From an uncultured Burkholderiales bacterium (GTDB lineage: Bacteria > Pseudomonadota > Gammaproteobacteria > Burkholderiales > Burkholderiaceae_C), in contig CAIZHQ010000020.1 of NCBI GenBank assembly GCA_903932865.1, positions 34,001 through 98,000 on the forward strand: DNA of 64,000 nt, read 5' to 3'. The translations under genes and the position numbers were made by a program. The notes beneath the pieces are model-generated. The model was not told the origin of the DNA, made no database searches, and saw nothing but the letters and a program-made list of their open reading frames with translations. Each line of letters starts with the position of its first letter. Position 1 is the first letter of the stretch. Below, one piece after another: positions 1 to 11,135 of the stretch.

Positions 1-212
1 AGGAAAAGTACCATCACCGCACCCAAGTACACCAGCACCAGCAAAATGGCCAGGAATTCAGCGTTGAGCAAGAACCACACGGCCGAGGCTTGCGAGAAAG
101 CCAGCATGAGGTACAGCACTGCATGCACGGGGTTGCGTGCGGTCACCACCCGGAAGGCTGCAAACAACAGCACCACCGAGAAGAGGTAGAAAAAACCGGT
201 CTTGACGTCCAT
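1..212 (-). CDS. nuoJ: NADH-quinone oxidoreductase subunit J, 5' part only (gene runs off the window start)
   Basis: My own minus-strand translation from the ATG at 210-212 gives MDVKTGFFYLFSVVLLFAAFRVVTARNPVHAVLYLMLAFSQASAVWFLLNAEFLAILLVLVYLGAVMVLF. This is a hydrophobic NuoJ-type N-terminus and it follows nuoI in nuoA-N order. Confidence 0.85.
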   Translation of the reverse strand, partial: MDVKTGFFYLFSVVLLFAAFRVVTARNPVHAVLYLMLAFSQASAVWFLLNAEFLAILLVLVYLGAVMVLF

Positions 213-249
213 AAGTCTGTCTTTTTAAGTGTTCAGGACTGCGCGGCGT

Positions 250-765
250 TCAACGGTAAGGTGCATCGGCAGCACGAGCGGCAGCGATCTCTTTTTCGTA
301 ACGGTCGCCCACGGCCAGCAACATGTCCTTGGTGAAGTACAGGTCACCGCGTTTTTCGCCATGGTATTCAAAAATGTGCGTCTCGACGATCGAGTCCACC
401 GGGCAGCTTTCTTCACAAAAGCCGCAAAAAATGCACTTGGTCAAGTCGATGTCGTAGCGTGTGGTGCGACGCGAACCGTCCTCGCGCTGTCCGGCTTCGA
501 TGGTGATGGCCATCGCGGGGCAAACCGCCTCGCAAAGCTTGCAGGCAATGCAGCGCTCTTCACCGTTGTCATAACGGCGCAGGGCATGCAAGCCACGAAA
601 ACGCGGCGACTGGGGTGTTTTTTCTTCCGGGAACTGCACCGTCACCTTGCGGGCAAAAGCGTAGCGTCCGGTCAGGGCCATGCCCTTGATCAACTCGACG
701 AGCATGAAGCTCTTGAGGAAGTCCTTGATCGAGAAAGAGGAAGCAGTCATTGTGGTCATGGTCAT
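250..765 (-). CDS. nuoI: NADH-quinone oxidoreductase subunit I
   Basis: 171-aa ORF with two 4Fe-4S ferredoxin motifs, [12 protein letters not shown] and [12 protein letters not shown]. Position in the nuo operon fits. Confidence 0.95.
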   Translation of the reverse strand: MTMTTMTASSFSIKDFLKSFMLVELIKGMALTGRYAFARKVTVQFPEEKTPQSPRFRGLHALRRYDNGEERCIACKLCEAVCPAMAITIEAGQREDGSRRTTRYDIDLTKCIFCGFCEESCPVDSIVETHIFEYHGEKRGDLYFTKDMLLAVGDRYEKEIAAARAADAPYR

Positions 766-772
766 TCACCGA

Positions 773-1855
773 TCAGAGCCAGATGTTCCAGGGCGAGTGC
801 AACCACACGCCGACGACCAGCAGCCACAGCAAAGTGACAGGGATGAAGATCTTCCAGCCCAGACGCATGATCTGGTCGTAACGGAAGCGCGGGAATGTGG
901 CTCGGATCCAGATGAACATGGACACGACCAAGAATGTCTTCAGACCCAGCCAGATCCAGCCGGGTATCCAATTGAACAAGGCGCTGTCGATGGGCGACAA
1001 CCAGCCGCCCAGGAACATGATGACGGCCAGGATGGACACGAGCCACATGCTGGCGTATTCGGCCAAGAAGAAGATCGCAAAGCCCATGCCCGAATACTCA
1101 ACCATGTGACCGGCCACAATCTCGGCTTCGCCTTCGACCACGTCAAAAGGGTGACGGTTGGTTTCGGCCACGCCCGAGATCAAGTAGACGATGAAGATCG
1201 GCAACAAAGGCAACCAGTTCCAAGAGAGGATGCTCAGGCCCATGTCGGCGGCAGCGCCCTTGCCTTGGGCGAGAACGATTTCGGTCAGGTTCATGCTGCC
1301 CGAGACCATCAAGACCACCAGGAAGCAAAAACCCATGGCGATTTCGTAGCTCACCATCTGGGCCGATGCGCGCAGCGCACCCAAAAAGGCGTATTTGGAG
1401 TTGGAGGCCCAGCCCGCGATGATCACGCCATACACCTCGATCGAGGTGATGGCCATGACCAGCAGCAAGCCGGCATTGATGTTGGTCAGCGCCTGCTCGG
1501 GGCCGAAAGGAATAGCGACCCAGGCAGCCAGCGCCGGCATGATGGCCATGATCGGGCCCAAGCGGAACAAGCCGGGGCTGGCCGCTGTGGGGTTGATCAG
1601 CTCTTTGGTCAGCAGCTTGAGCGCATCGGCAATCGGCTGCAGCAAACCAAACGGCCCCACGCGGTTGGGACCATGACGCACTTGCATGAAACCCAAGAGC
1701 TTGCGCTCCCACAGCGTCAGGTAGGCCACGGCACCCATCAGCGGCGCGAGGATGGCGACGATCTTGAGCAAAATCCACAAAACAGGCCAAACCATTGTGG
1801 CCCACCAGCTGACAGCCACCAAATTCAGTCCGCCGTTGTACAGGGCGTCAATCAT
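773..1855 (-). CDS. nuoH: NADH-quinone oxidoreductase subunit H
   Basis: 360-aa polytopic membrane ORF of ND1/NuoH type (e.g. [14 protein letters not shown]). Its start overlaps the nuoG stop by 8 nt. Confidence 0.95.
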   Translation of the reverse strand: MIDALYNGGLNLVAVSWWATMVWPVLWILLKIVAILAPLMGAVAYLTLWERKLLGFMQVRHGPNRVGPFGLLQPIADALKLLTKELINPTAASPGLFRLGPIMAIMPALAAWVAIPFGPEQALTNINAGLLLVMAITSIEVYGVIIAGWASNSKYAFLGALRASAQMVSYEIAMGFCFLVVLMVSGSMNLTEIVLAQGKGAAADMGLSILSWNWLPLLPIFIVYLISGVAETNRHPFDVVEGEAEIVAGHMVEYSGMGFAIFFLAEYASMWLVSILAVIMFLGGWLSPIDSALFNWIPGWIWLGLKTFLVVSMFIWIRATFPRFRYDQIMRLGWKIFIPVTLLWLLVVGVWLHSPWNIWL

Positions 1856-3962
1856 GGGTCACCTCCTGACGAGCGTCTGCGGTCAATTGCAAAGACGGCG
1901 CACGGCGCACGGTGCCATCCAACTGGTAAATGGAAGCGACCGCCGGAGCGGGTGTGGTGGTCCCTGTCAGGTTGATGGCGGCCCGAGTGGCGTTCGATGC
2001 CACCAGCGGCTGCGCCGTGGCGCGGACCAACACGTCTTGAGAGGTTTCAAAAGCCACACCCGGAATATCAAGCAAGTTGGCCAGCACGCGCAGCACTTTC
2101 CAGGCTGGACGGGTATCGGCCAAAGGCTTGACCACGGCGTGGAAGCTCTGCAGTCGGCCTTCGGCGTTGACAAAGGAGCCCGATGTTTCGGTGAATGGGG
2201 CCATCGGCAGCAGCACATCGCTGAAGGCCATGTTGGCCTTGAACGGGCTGAGGGTCACCACCATCTCGGCCTGCACCATGGCTTGGGCAGCAGCGCCACC
2301 TGCGGCGCTGTCAAACTCAGGCTCGGTGTTCAGCAAGATCGCCGCTTTCAGGCCACCCGCCAACATCTGGCCCGCATGTTTGCCGCCGGTTTGCGGTTGT
2401 GCACCCACCCATTGCGCGCCCACGGTGTTGGCCGCTTCGGTCAGGTACCCGGCAGTCGCTCCCGTTTGCTCGGCAATCCAGTTGGCCAAGGCCAGCAAGG
2501 TCGACGCGTTGGCATGGTGTGCTGCGGCATTGCCCAGCAGCACCGCCTTGCGCTCGCCGCCCAGCAGAGACTTGGCGATGGCTTGGGCTTGTGCAGAAGC
2601 CGTGCCCGCACAAGGGGCTGTGATGCCTTTCTCGGCTGCAATGGCGGTTGCCACATCGGACAGGGTTTGCGCCCAGGCAAAAGCATCGGTCACGACGGCA
2701 TTGACCACAGGCATGGCCCAGGCGTCGGCGTGGTTGAACGCATCTTTGTCGGTGATGAGACTCACGGCGGCGCCATGGCGCACGGCGTGGCGCACACGCA
2801 GGGCAAACAACGGATGGTCCTTACGAAGGTTCGAGCCCACAACCAAAACGCGCTGCAATGTGGACAACGATGCGATCGAGGTGCCCAAAGTACGCACGCC
2901 TTCGGCTTCAGCAAACTCGGCATTGCGCAGACGGTAATCGATGTTGTCTGAACCCAAGCCACGCACCAATGCGCCGGCCAGGTACAACTCTTCCACCGTG
3001 CTGTGAGGGCTGACCAGTGCGCCGATGCTGTTGGCACCGTGGTCGCGCTGGATGCTGCGCAGGCCATTGGCCACATATTCGAGGGCGGTTTGCCAGTCAA
3101 CTTCTTTCCATTCACCACCCTGCTTGAGCATGGGGCGTGTCAGGCGATCGGTGCCGTTCAGGGCTTCATAAGAGAAACGCTCACGGTCGGCGATCCAGCA
3201 CTCGTTGATGTCTTCGTTTTCCAGCGGCACGACGCGCATGACCTGGTTGTTCTTAACCTGGACGATCAAGTTAGCACCCGATGAATCGTGTGCGGCCACC
3301 GACTTGCGGCGTGACAACTCCCAAGTGCGGGCGTGGTAGCGGAACGGCTTGCTGGTCAAGGCACCGACGGGGCAGATATCGATCATGTTGCCCGACAGTT
3401 CAGAGTCAATCGTTTGGCCCAAGAAGGTTTCGATCTCGGCGTGCTCACCGCGGTGCGACATGCCCAGCTCCATGGCGCCGGCCACTTCTTGGCCAAAGCG
3501 CACGCAGCGTGTGCAGTGGATGCAACGACTCATCTCTTCCATGGAAATCAGCGGGCCCACTTCTTTGTGGAACACCACGCGCTTTTCTTCTTCGTAACGC
3601 GAACTGCTGCCCCCATAACCCACGGCCAGGTCTTGCAACTGGCACTCGCCGCCTTGGTCGCAAATCGGGCAATCGAGCGGGTGGTTGATCAGCAAAAACT
3701 CCATGACCGACTTTTGGGCCGCAATGGCCTTGTCGCTCTTGGTGCGCACGATCATGCCTTGCGTCACAGGCGTGGCGCATGCGGGCATGGGCTTGGGCGC
3801 CTTCTCCACATCGACCAAGCACATGCGGCAGTTGGCAGCGATGCTCAATTTCTTGTGATAACAGAAATGCGGAATGTAGGTGCCTGCTTTTTCAGCGGCA
3901 TGCATGACCATGCTGCCTTCGGCAACTTCCACTTTCTGACCGTCGAGTTCTATTTCAACCAT
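1848..3962 (-). CDS. nuoG: NADH-quinone oxidoreductase subunit G
   Basis: 704 aa. The N-terminus carries Fe-S motifs [29 protein letters not shown] and [10 protein letters not shown], followed by a molybdopterin-oxidoreductase-like body. Confidence 0.95.
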   Translation of the reverse strand: MVEIELDGQKVEVAEGSMVMHAAEKAGTYIPHFCYHKKLSIAANCRMCLVDVEKAPKPMPACATPVTQGMIVRTKSDKAIAAQKSVMEFLLINHPLDCPICDQGGECQLQDLAVGYGGSSSRYEEEKRVVFHKEVGPLISMEEMSRCIHCTRCVRFGQEVAGAMELGMSHRGEHAEIETFLGQTIDSELSGNMIDICPVGALTSKPFRYHARTWELSRRKSVAAHDSSGANLIVQVKNNQVMRVVPLENEDINECWIADRERFSYEALNGTDRLTRPMLKQGGEWKEVDWQTALEYVANGLRSIQRDHGANSIGALVSPHSTVEELYLAGALVRGLGSDNIDYRLRNAEFAEAEGVRTLGTSIASLSTLQRVLVVGSNLRKDHPLFALRVRHAVRHGAAVSLITDKDAFNHADAWAMPVVNAVVTDAFAWAQTLSDVATAIAAEKGITAPCAGTASAQAQAIAKSLLGGERKAVLLGNAAAHHANASTLLALANWIAEQTGATAGYLTEAANTVGAQWVGAQPQTGGKHAGQMLAGGLKAAILLNTEPEFDSAAGGAAAQAMVQAEMVVTLSPFKANMAFSDVLLPMAPFTETSGSFVNAEGRLQSFHAVVKPLADTRPAWKVLRVLANLLDIPGVAFETSQDVLVRATAQPLVASNATRAAINLTGTTTPAPAVASIYQLDGTVRRAPSLQLTADARQEVTHD

Positions 3963-5355
3963 GGGTCTTCACCGCTGTTGCATCGGCGCTGACCATGGAG
4001 GTCTTGTGCTCGATGAGGTGTACAAATTCGTGACGGAAATGCTTGAGCATGCCGCGCACCGGCATGGCCGCAGCGTCGCCCAAGGCGCAAATGGTGCGGC
4101 CCATGATGTTGCCGGCCACGCTGTCGAGCATGTCGATGTCGCTGGCACGGCCTTGGCCGTGTTCAATGCGGTCCACCATGCGCCAGAGCCAACCTGTGCC
4201 TTCACGGCAAGGCGTGCATTGACCGCAGGACTCATGCGAGTAAAAGTAAGACAAACGCGCCAAGGCCTTGACCATGCAACGCGTCTCGTCCATGACGATC
4301 ACCGCGCCCGAACCCAACATCGAGCCACCTTCTTTGGCGATGCTGTCGTAGTCCATGGTCAGCTTCATCATCAACTCGGCAGGAACGACCGGCGAAGACG
4401 ATCCGCCAGGGATCACCGCCTTGAGCTGGCGACCACCGCGCACACCACCGGCCAACTCGAGCAGCTTAGAAAAGGGCGTGCCCATGGGCACTTCATAGTT
4501 GCCCGGACGCTCCACATCACCGCTGACCGAGAAAATCTTGGTGCCGCCATTGTTGGGTTTGCCGCCTTCCAGGTAGGCCTGACCTCCATTGCGGATGATC
4601 CAGGGCACCGCCGCGAAGGTTTCGGTGTTGTTGATGGTGGTGGGCTTGCCGTAGAGGCCAAAGCTGGCCGGGAACGGTGGCTTGAATCGTGGCTGACCTT
4701 TTTTGCCTTCGAGCGATTCGAGCAGCGCGGTTTCTTCGCCGCAGATGTACGCGCCAAATCCGTGGGAGGCGTGCAACTGAAAGCTGAAGGTGCTGCCCAA
4801 GATGTTGCTGCCTAAGTAGCCTGCGGCACGGGCTTCTTCGAGCGCCGCTTCAAAGCGCTCGTAGGTGTGGAAAATCTCGCCGTGGATGTAGTTGTAACCC
4901 ACGCCAATGCCCATGGCATAAGCCGCGATGATCATGCCCTCAATCACCGTGTGCGGGTTGTACTCCATGATGTCGCGGTCTTTGCATGTGCCCGGCTCAC
5001 CTTCGTCCGAGTTGCACACCAAATACTTTTGCCCTGGGAACTGGCGAGGCATGAAACTCCATTTGAGACCCGTGGGGAAACCCGCACCACCGCGGCCGCG
5101 CAGACCTGATTCTTTGACGGTGGCGATCACCTGATCTTGCGTCATGCCCGCCACGCCAGTCTCGGCATTGGGCTCAGCACCATCTTTGCCCAAAATTTTG
5201 CGCAAAGCCGCATAGCCGCCACGCGATTCGTAGTCTTTGATGCCCCAGTTCTGACCGTTCAGACCGGCATAGATTTGCGGGTTGATGTGGCGATCATGAA
5301 AGCAACTTTCCACGCCTGTGGCTTGGAACTGGCTCAGAATTTGTTCGACTTTCAT
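3955..5355 (-). CDS. nuoF: NADH-quinone oxidoreductase subunit F
   Basis: 466 aa with [10 protein letters not shown] (FMN/NADH site) and the [10 protein letters not shown] 4Fe-4S motif. Confidence 0.95.
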   Translation of the reverse strand: MKVEQILSQFQATGVESCFHDRHINPQIYAGLNGQNWGIKDYESRGGYAALRKILGKDGAEPNAETGVAGMTQDQVIATVKESGLRGRGGAGFPTGLKWSFMPRQFPGQKYLVCNSDEGEPGTCKDRDIMEYNPHTVIEGMIIAAYAMGIGVGYNYIHGEIFHTYERFEAALEEARAAGYLGSNILGSTFSFQLHASHGFGAYICGEETALLESLEGKKGQPRFKPPFPASFGLYGKPTTINNTETFAAVPWIIRNGGQAYLEGGKPNNGGTKIFSVSGDVERPGNYEVPMGTPFSKLLELAGGVRGGRQLKAVIPGGSSSPVVPAELMMKLTMDYDSIAKEGGSMLGSGAVIVMDETRCMVKALARLSYFYSHESCGQCTPCREGTGWLWRMVDRIEHGQGRASDIDMLDSVAGNIMGRTICALGDAAAMPVRGMLKHFRHEFVHLIEHKTSMVSADATAVKTHG

Positions 5356-5843
5356 CAGGCGGCCTCGGCTTTCTTCAGGCTGTCGACGAGTTGGTCCAAT
5401 TTTTCATGGCTCATGAAGCTGCACATGTGGCGGTCATTGACCAACAAGACGGGCGCATCGGCACAAGCGCCTTGGCACTCGCTGGGCTGCAGGGTGAACA
5501 GGCCGTCAAGCGTGGTTTCACCGACGCGCACGCCCAATTTGTGTTCCAGGTGCTCCAAAGCTTTTTGCCCCCCGCGCAACTGGCAAGGCAGGTTGGTGCA
5601 AACGTTCAGCTTGAACTTGCCCACCGGCTTTTGGTTGTACATGTTGTAAAAGGTCGTGACTTCGTGCACCGCCATCACCGGCATGCCCAGAACCTCGGCC
5701 ACGACTTGCTCACTGTCGGGGCTCACCCAGCCTTGTTCTTGCTGCACGATCGCCAGGCAAGCCATGACGGCCGACTGCTTTTGGTCTGCAGGGAACTTGG
5801 CAACTTCACGCGCAAAGCGTGCTCTGGTGGAATCAGAGATCAT
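5355..5843 (-). CDS. nuoE: NADH-quinone oxidoreductase subunit E
   Basis: 162 aa with the thioredoxin-like 2Fe-2S cysteine pattern (CTNLPC ... CQGACADAP). Operon position fits. Confidence 0.93.
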   Translation of the reverse strand: MISDSTRARFAREVAKFPADQKQSAVMACLAIVQQEQGWVSPDSEQVVAEVLGMPVMAVHEVTTFYNMYNQKPVGKFKLNVCTNLPCQLRGGQKALEHLEHKLGVRVGETTLDGLFTLQPSECQGACADAPVLLVNDRHMCSFMSHEKLDQLVDSLKKAEAA

Positions 5844-7093
5844 CGGTCAATCTCTCCAAAAACGATGTCCATGGTCCCGATGATGGCGACCGCATCGGCC
5901 AGCATGTGGCCACGGGCCATTTCATCGAGAGTGGCCAAATGGGCAAAGCCCGGGGCGCGAATTTTGAGGCGGTAAGGCTTGTTGGCCCCATCGCTCACCA
6001 TGTAAATGCCGAACTCCCCCTTGGGGTGTTCAACGGCGGCATAGGCCTCGCCTTCGGGCACATGAAAACCTTCGGTGAAGAGCTTGAAGTGGTGAATCAA
6101 GTCTTCCATGTTGGATTTCATGCCTTCACGCGCAGGCGGTGCCACCTTGTGGTTGTCGGTGATGACCGGACCAGGGTTCGCTCGCAGCCACTTGACGCAT
6201 TGCTGGATGATGCGGTTCGATTCGCGCATCTCTTGGACGCGCACCAGGTAACGGTCATAGCTGTCACCGGTCTTGCCCACAGGCACATCGAACTCAACTT
6301 GGTCGTAAGCATCGTAAGGCTGCTTTTTGCGCAAGTCCCAAGCAAAGCCGGAGCCGCGCAGCATGGGGCCGGTCATGCCCAGATTCAGGGCGCGCTCGGG
6401 TGCGACCACGCCGATACCCACGGTACGCTGCTTCCAGATGCGGTTGTCGGTCAGCAGAGTTTCGTACTCGTCCACGCACTTGGGAAAGCGCTGCGAGAAG
6501 TCGTCAATGAAGTCCAGCAAGGAACCATTGCGGTTGTTGTTGAGCTGCTCGATCGCCTTGGCGTTTTTGATCTTACTGACCTTGTACTGCGGCATGCTGT
6601 CTGGCAGATCGCGGTACACACCACCGGGACGAAAGTACGCCGCGTGCATGCGGGCACCCGAGACGGCCTCGTACATGTCAAACAGGTCTTCGCGTTCGCG
6701 GAAGGTGTAGATCAGGATGGTGGAGCTGCCGCAGTCGTTGCCGTGCGAGCCCAGCCACATGAGGTGATTCAGAATGCGGGTGATCTCGGAGAACATCACG
6801 CGGATGTATTGGGCACGCATGGGCACTTGCAAGCCCAACATCTTCTCGATGGCCAAGCAATATGCATGCTCGTTGCACATCATCGACACGTAGTCCAAGC
6901 GGTCCATGTAGGGCAGCGACTGAATGTAGGTTTTGCTCTCCGCCAGTTTTTCGGTGGCGCGGTGCAGCAGACCGATGTGCGGATCGGCACGTTGCACCAC
7001 TTCACCGTCCAACTCGAGCACCAAACGCAGCACACCGTGCGCTGCCGGGTGCTGGGGACCGAAGTTCAGCGTGTAATTCTTGATTTCGGCCAT
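5840..7093 (-). CDS. nuoD: NADH-quinone oxidoreductase subunit D
   Basis: 417 aa, starting [24 protein letters not shown] and ending FGEIDR. This is the typical 49-kDa subunit. Confidence 0.95.
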   Translation of the reverse strand: MAEIKNYTLNFGPQHPAAHGVLRLVLELDGEVVQRADPHIGLLHRATEKLAESKTYIQSLPYMDRLDYVSMMCNEHAYCLAIEKMLGLQVPMRAQYIRVMFSEITRILNHLMWLGSHGNDCGSSTILIYTFREREDLFDMYEAVSGARMHAAYFRPGGVYRDLPDSMPQYKVSKIKNAKAIEQLNNNRNGSLLDFIDDFSQRFPKCVDEYETLLTDNRIWKQRTVGIGVVAPERALNLGMTGPMLRGSGFAWDLRKKQPYDAYDQVEFDVPVGKTGDSYDRYLVRVQEMRESNRIIQQCVKWLRANPGPVITDNHKVAPPAREGMKSNMEDLIHHFKLFTEGFHVPEGEAYAAVEHPKGEFGIYMVSDGANKPYRLKIRAPGFAHLATLDEMARGHMLADAVAIIGTMDIVFGEIDR

Positions 7094-7094
7094 G

Positions 7095-7709
7095 TCAGTT
7101 CAGGCCTCCGTAGTTGTCTTCGCGAATGATGCGCGGGGTGATTTCGCGTGGCTCAATGCTCACGGGTTCATAAATCACGCGCTTGCGCTCGGCGTCGTAA
7201 CGCATTTCAACGTGTCCCGACAGGGGAAAGTCCTTGCGGAAGGGGTGACCGATGAAACCGTAGTCGGTCAGGATGCGGCGCAGGTCGTTGTGACCTTCAA
7301 ACACGATGCCGTACAGGTCGAACGCTTCACGCTCGTACCAGTTGGCTGAGTTCCAGATCTCGTTGACCGAATCCACCAAAGGCAAGTCGTCATCGGGGCA
7401 CAGGACTTTGACGCGCACGCGCTGGTTCAGGCTCACCGACAACAAATGTACCGTGACACCATAACGCGGGCCATCGGTGCCCATTTCGCGGTAAGCCGAG
7501 TAATCCAAGCCTGCCAAATCTACAAGCTGCTCAAATTGGCAGCCCGGCGCATCGCGCAGGGTTTGCATCACACCCAGGTATTGGGCAGCACTCACATGCA
7601 CAGTCACCTCACCCAAGGCCAGGGTGATTTTCTGCACTCGATCACCCAAGGCCACAGCCAGGGTGTCTTGCAGGTCTTCGGGGCGAATGGCGAAATCGGT
7701 CATCGTCAT
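7095..7709 (-). CDS. nuoC: NADH-quinone oxidoreductase subunit C
   Basis: I trimmed ORF-track ORF 7095..7892 to the ATG at 7707-7709 ([13 protein letters not shown]...), 5 nt after the nuoB stop. It contains the [18 protein letters not shown] motif. Confidence 0.9.
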   Translation of the reverse strand: MTMTDFAIRPEDLQDTLAVALGDRVQKITLALGEVTVHVSAAQYLGVMQTLRDAPGCQFEQLVDLAGLDYSAYREMGTDGPRYGVTVHLLSVSLNQRVRVKVLCPDDDLPLVDSVNEIWNSANWYEREAFDLYGIVFEGHNDLRRILTDYGFIGHPFRKDFPLSGHVEMRYDAERKRVIYEPVSIEPREITPRIIREDNYGGLN

Positions 7710-7714
7710 CCCCT

Positions 7715-8194
7715 TCAAGCGCGCGCAATGGTGTGCGTGCGGCGGATTTTTTGCTGCAACTGGATGATGCCGTAGATCAACGCTTCGGCCGTGGGCGGGC
7801 AGCCCGGCACATAGACATCCACCGGCACAATGCGGTCGCAACCGCGCACCACCGAATAGCTGTAGTGGTAGTAACCACCACCATTGGCACAAGAACCCAT
7901 AGAGATCACCCAGCGCGGTTCAGACATCTGGTCATAGACCTTGCGCAGCGCCGGGGCCATCTTGTTGCACAAGGTGCCCGCCACGATCATCAAGTCGGCC
8001 TGACGGGGGCTAGCACGGAACACTTCTGCACCGAAGCGCCCCAAGTCATAACGGGCAGCGGCCGAGTGCATCATCTCGACTGCGCAGCAAGCCAGACCAA
8101 AGGTCATGGGCCAGAGCGAGCCGGTTTTGGCCCAATTCACCACTGAGTCGTAACTCGTGGTGATGAAGCCTTCTTTCATCACGCCTTCAATCAT
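7715..8194 (-). CDS. nuoB: NADH-quinone oxidoreductase subunit B
   Basis: 159 aa with [19 protein letters not shown] and PGCPP, the N2-cluster cysteine ligands. Confidence 0.95.
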   Translation of the reverse strand: MIEGVMKEGFITTSYDSVVNWAKTGSLWPMTFGLACCAVEMMHSAAARYDLGRFGAEVFRASPRQADLMIVAGTLCNKMAPALRKVYDQMSEPRWVISMGSCANGGGYYHYSYSVVRGCDRIVPVDVYVPGCPPTAEALIYGIIQLQQKIRRTHTIARA

Positions 8195-8238
8195 TTGGAT
8201 TCCTCAAACAGACAGTTTGCTGTTGCGCGTCAAAACGG

Positions 8239-8598
8239 TCATTCCCAGTCCAGGGCGCCTTTTTTCCACTCGTAGACAAAGCCCACGACCAGAATGGCCA
8301 GAAAAATCACCACGGCCACAAAGCCGGCCATGCCCACTTCCTTGAGGGCCACGGCCCAGGGGAAAAGGAAGGCGATTTCAAGATCGAACAAGATGAACAA
8401 AATGGCCACCAGGTAGTAGCGCACATCGAACTTCATGCGAGCGTCTTCGAAGGCTTCGAAGCCGCATTCATAGGGGGAATTTTTTTCCGCGTCAGGCCTG
8501 TTGGGACCGAGGATGTAGCCTAAAACCTGGGGAATGATGCCGACAGCAACGCCGACCAAAATGAACAAGAGAATGGGAAGGTACTGTTCGAGGTTCAT
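8239..8598 (-). CDS. nuoA: NADH-quinone oxidoreductase subunit A
   Basis: 119 aa, three hydrophobic segments, PYECGF motif. First gene of the operon. Confidence 0.93.
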   Translation of the reverse strand: MNLEQYLPILLFILVGVAVGIIPQVLGYILGPNRPDAEKNSPYECGFEAFEDARMKFDVRYYLVAILFILFDLEIAFLFPWAVALKEVGMAGFVAVVIFLAILVVGFVYEWKKGALDWE

Positions 8599-8664
8599 TT
8601 GGTGACTGCCGGTTAATGACCGAATGAAGAGCCCAAGCCTTCAGCCCGAGCGATTCTGTTTGTC

Positions 8665-8749
8665 TGGTGCCGTCGGCGAGACTCGAACTCGCACAGCTTT
8701 CGCCACTACCCCCTCAAGATAGCGTGTCTACCAATTTCACCACGACGGC
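8665..8749 (-). tRNA. tRNA-Leu (anticodon GAG)
   Basis: The minus-strand sequence is GCCGTCGTGGTGAAATTGGTAGACACGCTATCTTGAGGGGGTAGTGGCGAAAGCTGTGCGAGTTCGAGTCTCGCCGACGGCACCA. By eye it folds with a 7-bp acceptor stem GCCGTCG/CGACGGC and an anticodon stem CTATC/GGTAG with loop TTGAGGG. It also has a long variable arm, a T-arm GCGAG-TTCGAGT-CTCGC, and an encoded CCA. Confidence 0.9.
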
Positions 8750-8906
8750 TGGATGCACAGGACCGGCTTGCATGAGGTACACCTTGAGTGCGAATTGCTT
8801 GCCGATCAGTCTCTGATTTTACCCCGAAAAATGGGCTATTTCCCGACTTAAAGTCGGAAAATTGTGCGCAGCAGCAAAGCTGAAAAACAGCTCATTGCCA
8901 TGGTGT

Positions 8907-9287
8907 TTATTTTCCCGCTGCGGGTGGCACGCTGTTGTCAGGCTTGACCGCCGGAGCGTTGCCTGGAATCTGTGCAGCTGGGCTGGTGTTCACAGGGACA
9001 GGCGCCGTCACAGCCGCGCCTTCGAGCACACTGCCTGAAGAGGTGGGTGTGAGCTTGCCAAAATAAGCCAGCAACAAAGTACAGACAAAAAACACGGCCG
9101 CCAACACCGCCGTGGTGCGCGACATGAAGTTCGCACTGCCGGTAGCGCCAAACAAGCTCCCCGAACCGCCGCTTCCAAAAGCCGCCCCCATGTCAGCGCC
9201 TTTGCCGTGCTGGATCAGGATCAGGCCAATCATGGCCAAAGCCGACAACATCTGCACCACCAAAATCAAGGTCAACATCATGCTCAT
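8907..9287 (-). CDS. secG: preprotein translocase subunit SecG
   Basis: 126 aa with two TM segments and the motif HGKGADMGAAFGSGGSGSLFGA. The secG, tRNA-Leu, nuoA arrangement is classic. Confidence 0.9.
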   Translation of the reverse strand: MSMMLTLILVVQMLSALAMIGLILIQHGKGADMGAAFGSGGSGSLFGATGSANFMSRTTAVLAAVFFVCTLLLAYFGKLTPTSSGSVLEGAAVTAPVPVNTSPAAQIPGNAPAVKPDNSVPPAAGK

Positions 9288-9320
9288 ATGAATACTCCGA
9301 AAAAAACAGGGTTGGAAAGC

Positions 9321-10073
9321 TCAGCGAGAAGCGGCTTTCAAAATCGATAAAAAGTCTGCGGCCTTGAGTGACGCGCCTCCGATCAGGCCACCGTCCACAT
9401 CGGGTTGGTCCAACAAGGACGCGGCATTGGCGGCATTCATGCTGCCACCGTACAAGATCGACACCCGCTCAGCATGCGCTGTAGCGGCCAGCAACTGGGC
9501 ACGCAAAACAGCGTGCACACTTTGGACTTGCTCGGGCGTGGCCGTCAATCCAGTTCCAATGGCCCAAACGGGCTCATAGGCCACCACGATTTCGCTGATG
9601 CAGTGGCCGTTGGTGTGGATCACCGTCGCCAACTGCCGCTTGACCACCGCCTCGGTCTGCCCGGCCTCACGTTCGGCCAAGCTCTCGCCCACGCACACGA
9701 TGGGGGTGATGCCTCCCGCCAAGGCCCGCTGGGTTTTGTGGGCCACCGTGGCGTCTGTCTCGCCATGGTACTGACGACGCTCCGAATGGCCCACGATGGC
9801 GTAACGCACCGCAAAGTCGCGCAACATGGCACACGACACCTCTCCGGTGTAGGCACCAGATTCGTGGGCCGACACATCCTGCGCACCCAGTTCCACGGCC
9901 GATCCAGCCAATAAACTTTGAGCTTGCGCCAGATAGGGTGCGGGCAAACACACAGCAACTCGGCAACTCACACGCCCCATGCCGCTCAAAATGTCGGACA
10001 ACAAAGAGGCATTGGCTGCCAGGCTGCCATTCATCTTCCAATTGCCCACCATCAATTTGCCAGACATGCTCAT
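9321..10073 (-). CDS. tpiA: triose-phosphate isomerase
   Basis: ORF trimmed to [17 protein letters not shown]. Its ATG (10071-10073) overlaps the upstream gene's TGA as ATGA. Motifs present: [29 protein letters not shown]. Confidence 0.93.
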   Translation of the reverse strand: MSMSGKLMVGNWKMNGSLAANASLLSDILSGMGRVSCRVAVCLPAPYLAQAQSLLAGSAVELGAQDVSAHESGAYTGEVSCAMLRDFAVRYAIVGHSERRQYHGETDATVAHKTQRALAGGITPIVCVGESLAEREAGQTEAVVKRQLATVIHTNGHCISEIVVAYEPVWAIGTGLTATPEQVQSVHAVLRAQLLAATAHAERVSILYGGSMNAANAASLLDQPDVDGGLIGGASLKAADFLSILKAASR

Positions 10074-11083
10074 CACCACGTCATCACAATCTTGCCCACA
10101 TGCTGGTTCGTCTCCATCAGCGCATGGGCTTGCGCCGCCCCGGACGGCAAACCACCACCCGCATCCACCGCAGCAAAAACGGTGTGGATGACCGGCTTGA
10201 TATGCCCTGACTCGATCCAGGGCCAAACCGTCTGGCGCAAAGACTGGGCGATCGCTGCCTTGAAGGCCACGGAGCGTGGACGCAGTGTCGAACCGGTGAT
10301 CGTCAAGCGACGGCGCAGCACCATGCCGGCATTGAACTCACTCTTGACGCCACCTTGCACAGCGATGATGACCAAACGACCGTCTTCGGCCAAGGCCTCG
10401 ACTTCACGCGCCACATAATCGCCTGCAACCATGTCCAAGATCACATTCACGCCTGCGCCACCCGTGATGCGCTTGGCCTCAGCGACAAAATCTGTGGTTT
10501 TGTAGTTGATGGCATGGTCTGCGCCCAAGTCCAGGCAAGCTTGGCATTTGGCGTCAGAACCGGCCGTGGCGATCACCGTGGCACCGGCCGCCTTGGCCAT
10601 CTGGATGGCTGTGACGCCGATGCCGCTGGTACCGCCCTGAATCAACAGGGTCTCACCCGCTTGCAAACGACCACGGTCAAACACATTGCTCCACACGGTG
10701 AAGAAAGTCTCGGGCAGAGAAGCCGCTTCGGTGTCCGTCAGGCCCTTGGGCACTGGCAAACACTGGGCCACTGGGGCCACGCACCACTGTGCATAACCAC
10801 CACCCGCCACCAAAGCGCACACACGGTCACCTACCGCCAATCCGGCTTGGGCCATGGCCGCCGCATCACCCGACACCACCACGCCTGCAACCTCCAGACC
10901 AGGAATGTCCGAGGCACCCGGTGGCACAGGGTAATTGCCGGTGCGTTGCAGCACATCGGGGCGGTTGATGCCGCTGGCCGAGACGCGAATGAGCAACTCC
11001 CCTGCCCCGGCTACTGGGTCGGGACGGGAGGCGGGCACCAGCACCCCAGGGGCGCCGAAGCTTTGGATTTCAATGACGTTCAT
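10073..11083 (-). CDS. qor: NAD(P)H:quinone oxidoreductase (MDR/zeta-crystallin family)
   Basis: ORF trimmed to [15 protein letters not shown]. It has the Rossmann motif [21 protein letters not shown] and the [15 protein letters not shown] pattern. Confidence 0.85.
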   Translation of the reverse strand: MNVIEIQSFGAPGVLVPASRPDPVAGAGELLIRVSASGINRPDVLQRTGNYPVPPGASDIPGLEVAGVVVSGDAAAMAQAGLAVGDRVCALVAGGGYAQWCVAPVAQCLPVPKGLTDTEAASLPETFFTVWSNVFDRGRLQAGETLLIQGGTSGIGVTAIQMAKAAGATVIATAGSDAKCQACLDLGADHAINYKTTDFVAEAKRITGGAGVNVILDMVAGDYVAREVEALAEDGRLVIIAVQGGVKSEFNAGMVLRRRLTITGSTLRPRSVAFKAAIAQSLRQTVWPWIESGHIKPVIHTVFAAVDAGGGLPSGAAQAHALMETNQHVGKIVMTW

Positions 11084-11135
11084 GGTGAGTCCACGCGGTG
11101 TCAGGCAGCCATTGACCACCTGACCCCCGCGTTAT

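Noticed and set aside
680-1975. A 431-aa + strand ORF antisense to nuoI and nuoH. Similar long shadow ORFs occur elsewhere, e.g. 11268..13256 (antisense to pnp), 14186..15214 (argH), 29350..30804, 39316..40605 (thiolase), 51086..52996 (pepN and fbp) and 59420..61447 (helicase).
   Set aside because: Each lies opposite a gene with unmistakable conserved motifs. Their translations are Arg/Gly/His/Ala/Gln-rich with no recognisable domains. Long stop-free antisense frames are expected in high-GC DNA.
7710-7892. N-terminal extensions of ORF-track entries. Examples are nuoC (7095..7892), tpiA (9321..10226), pnp (to 13325), ntrB (to 25772), the CinA-like gene (to 28994), the alpha/beta hydrolase (from 32271), trmD (to 63093) and orn (from 58476).
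   Set aside because: The extensions overlap the upstream gene or have non-genic composition. The conserved protein begins at an internal ATG that is often SD-preceded or ATGA-coupled to the previous stop. I used the trimmed coordinates.
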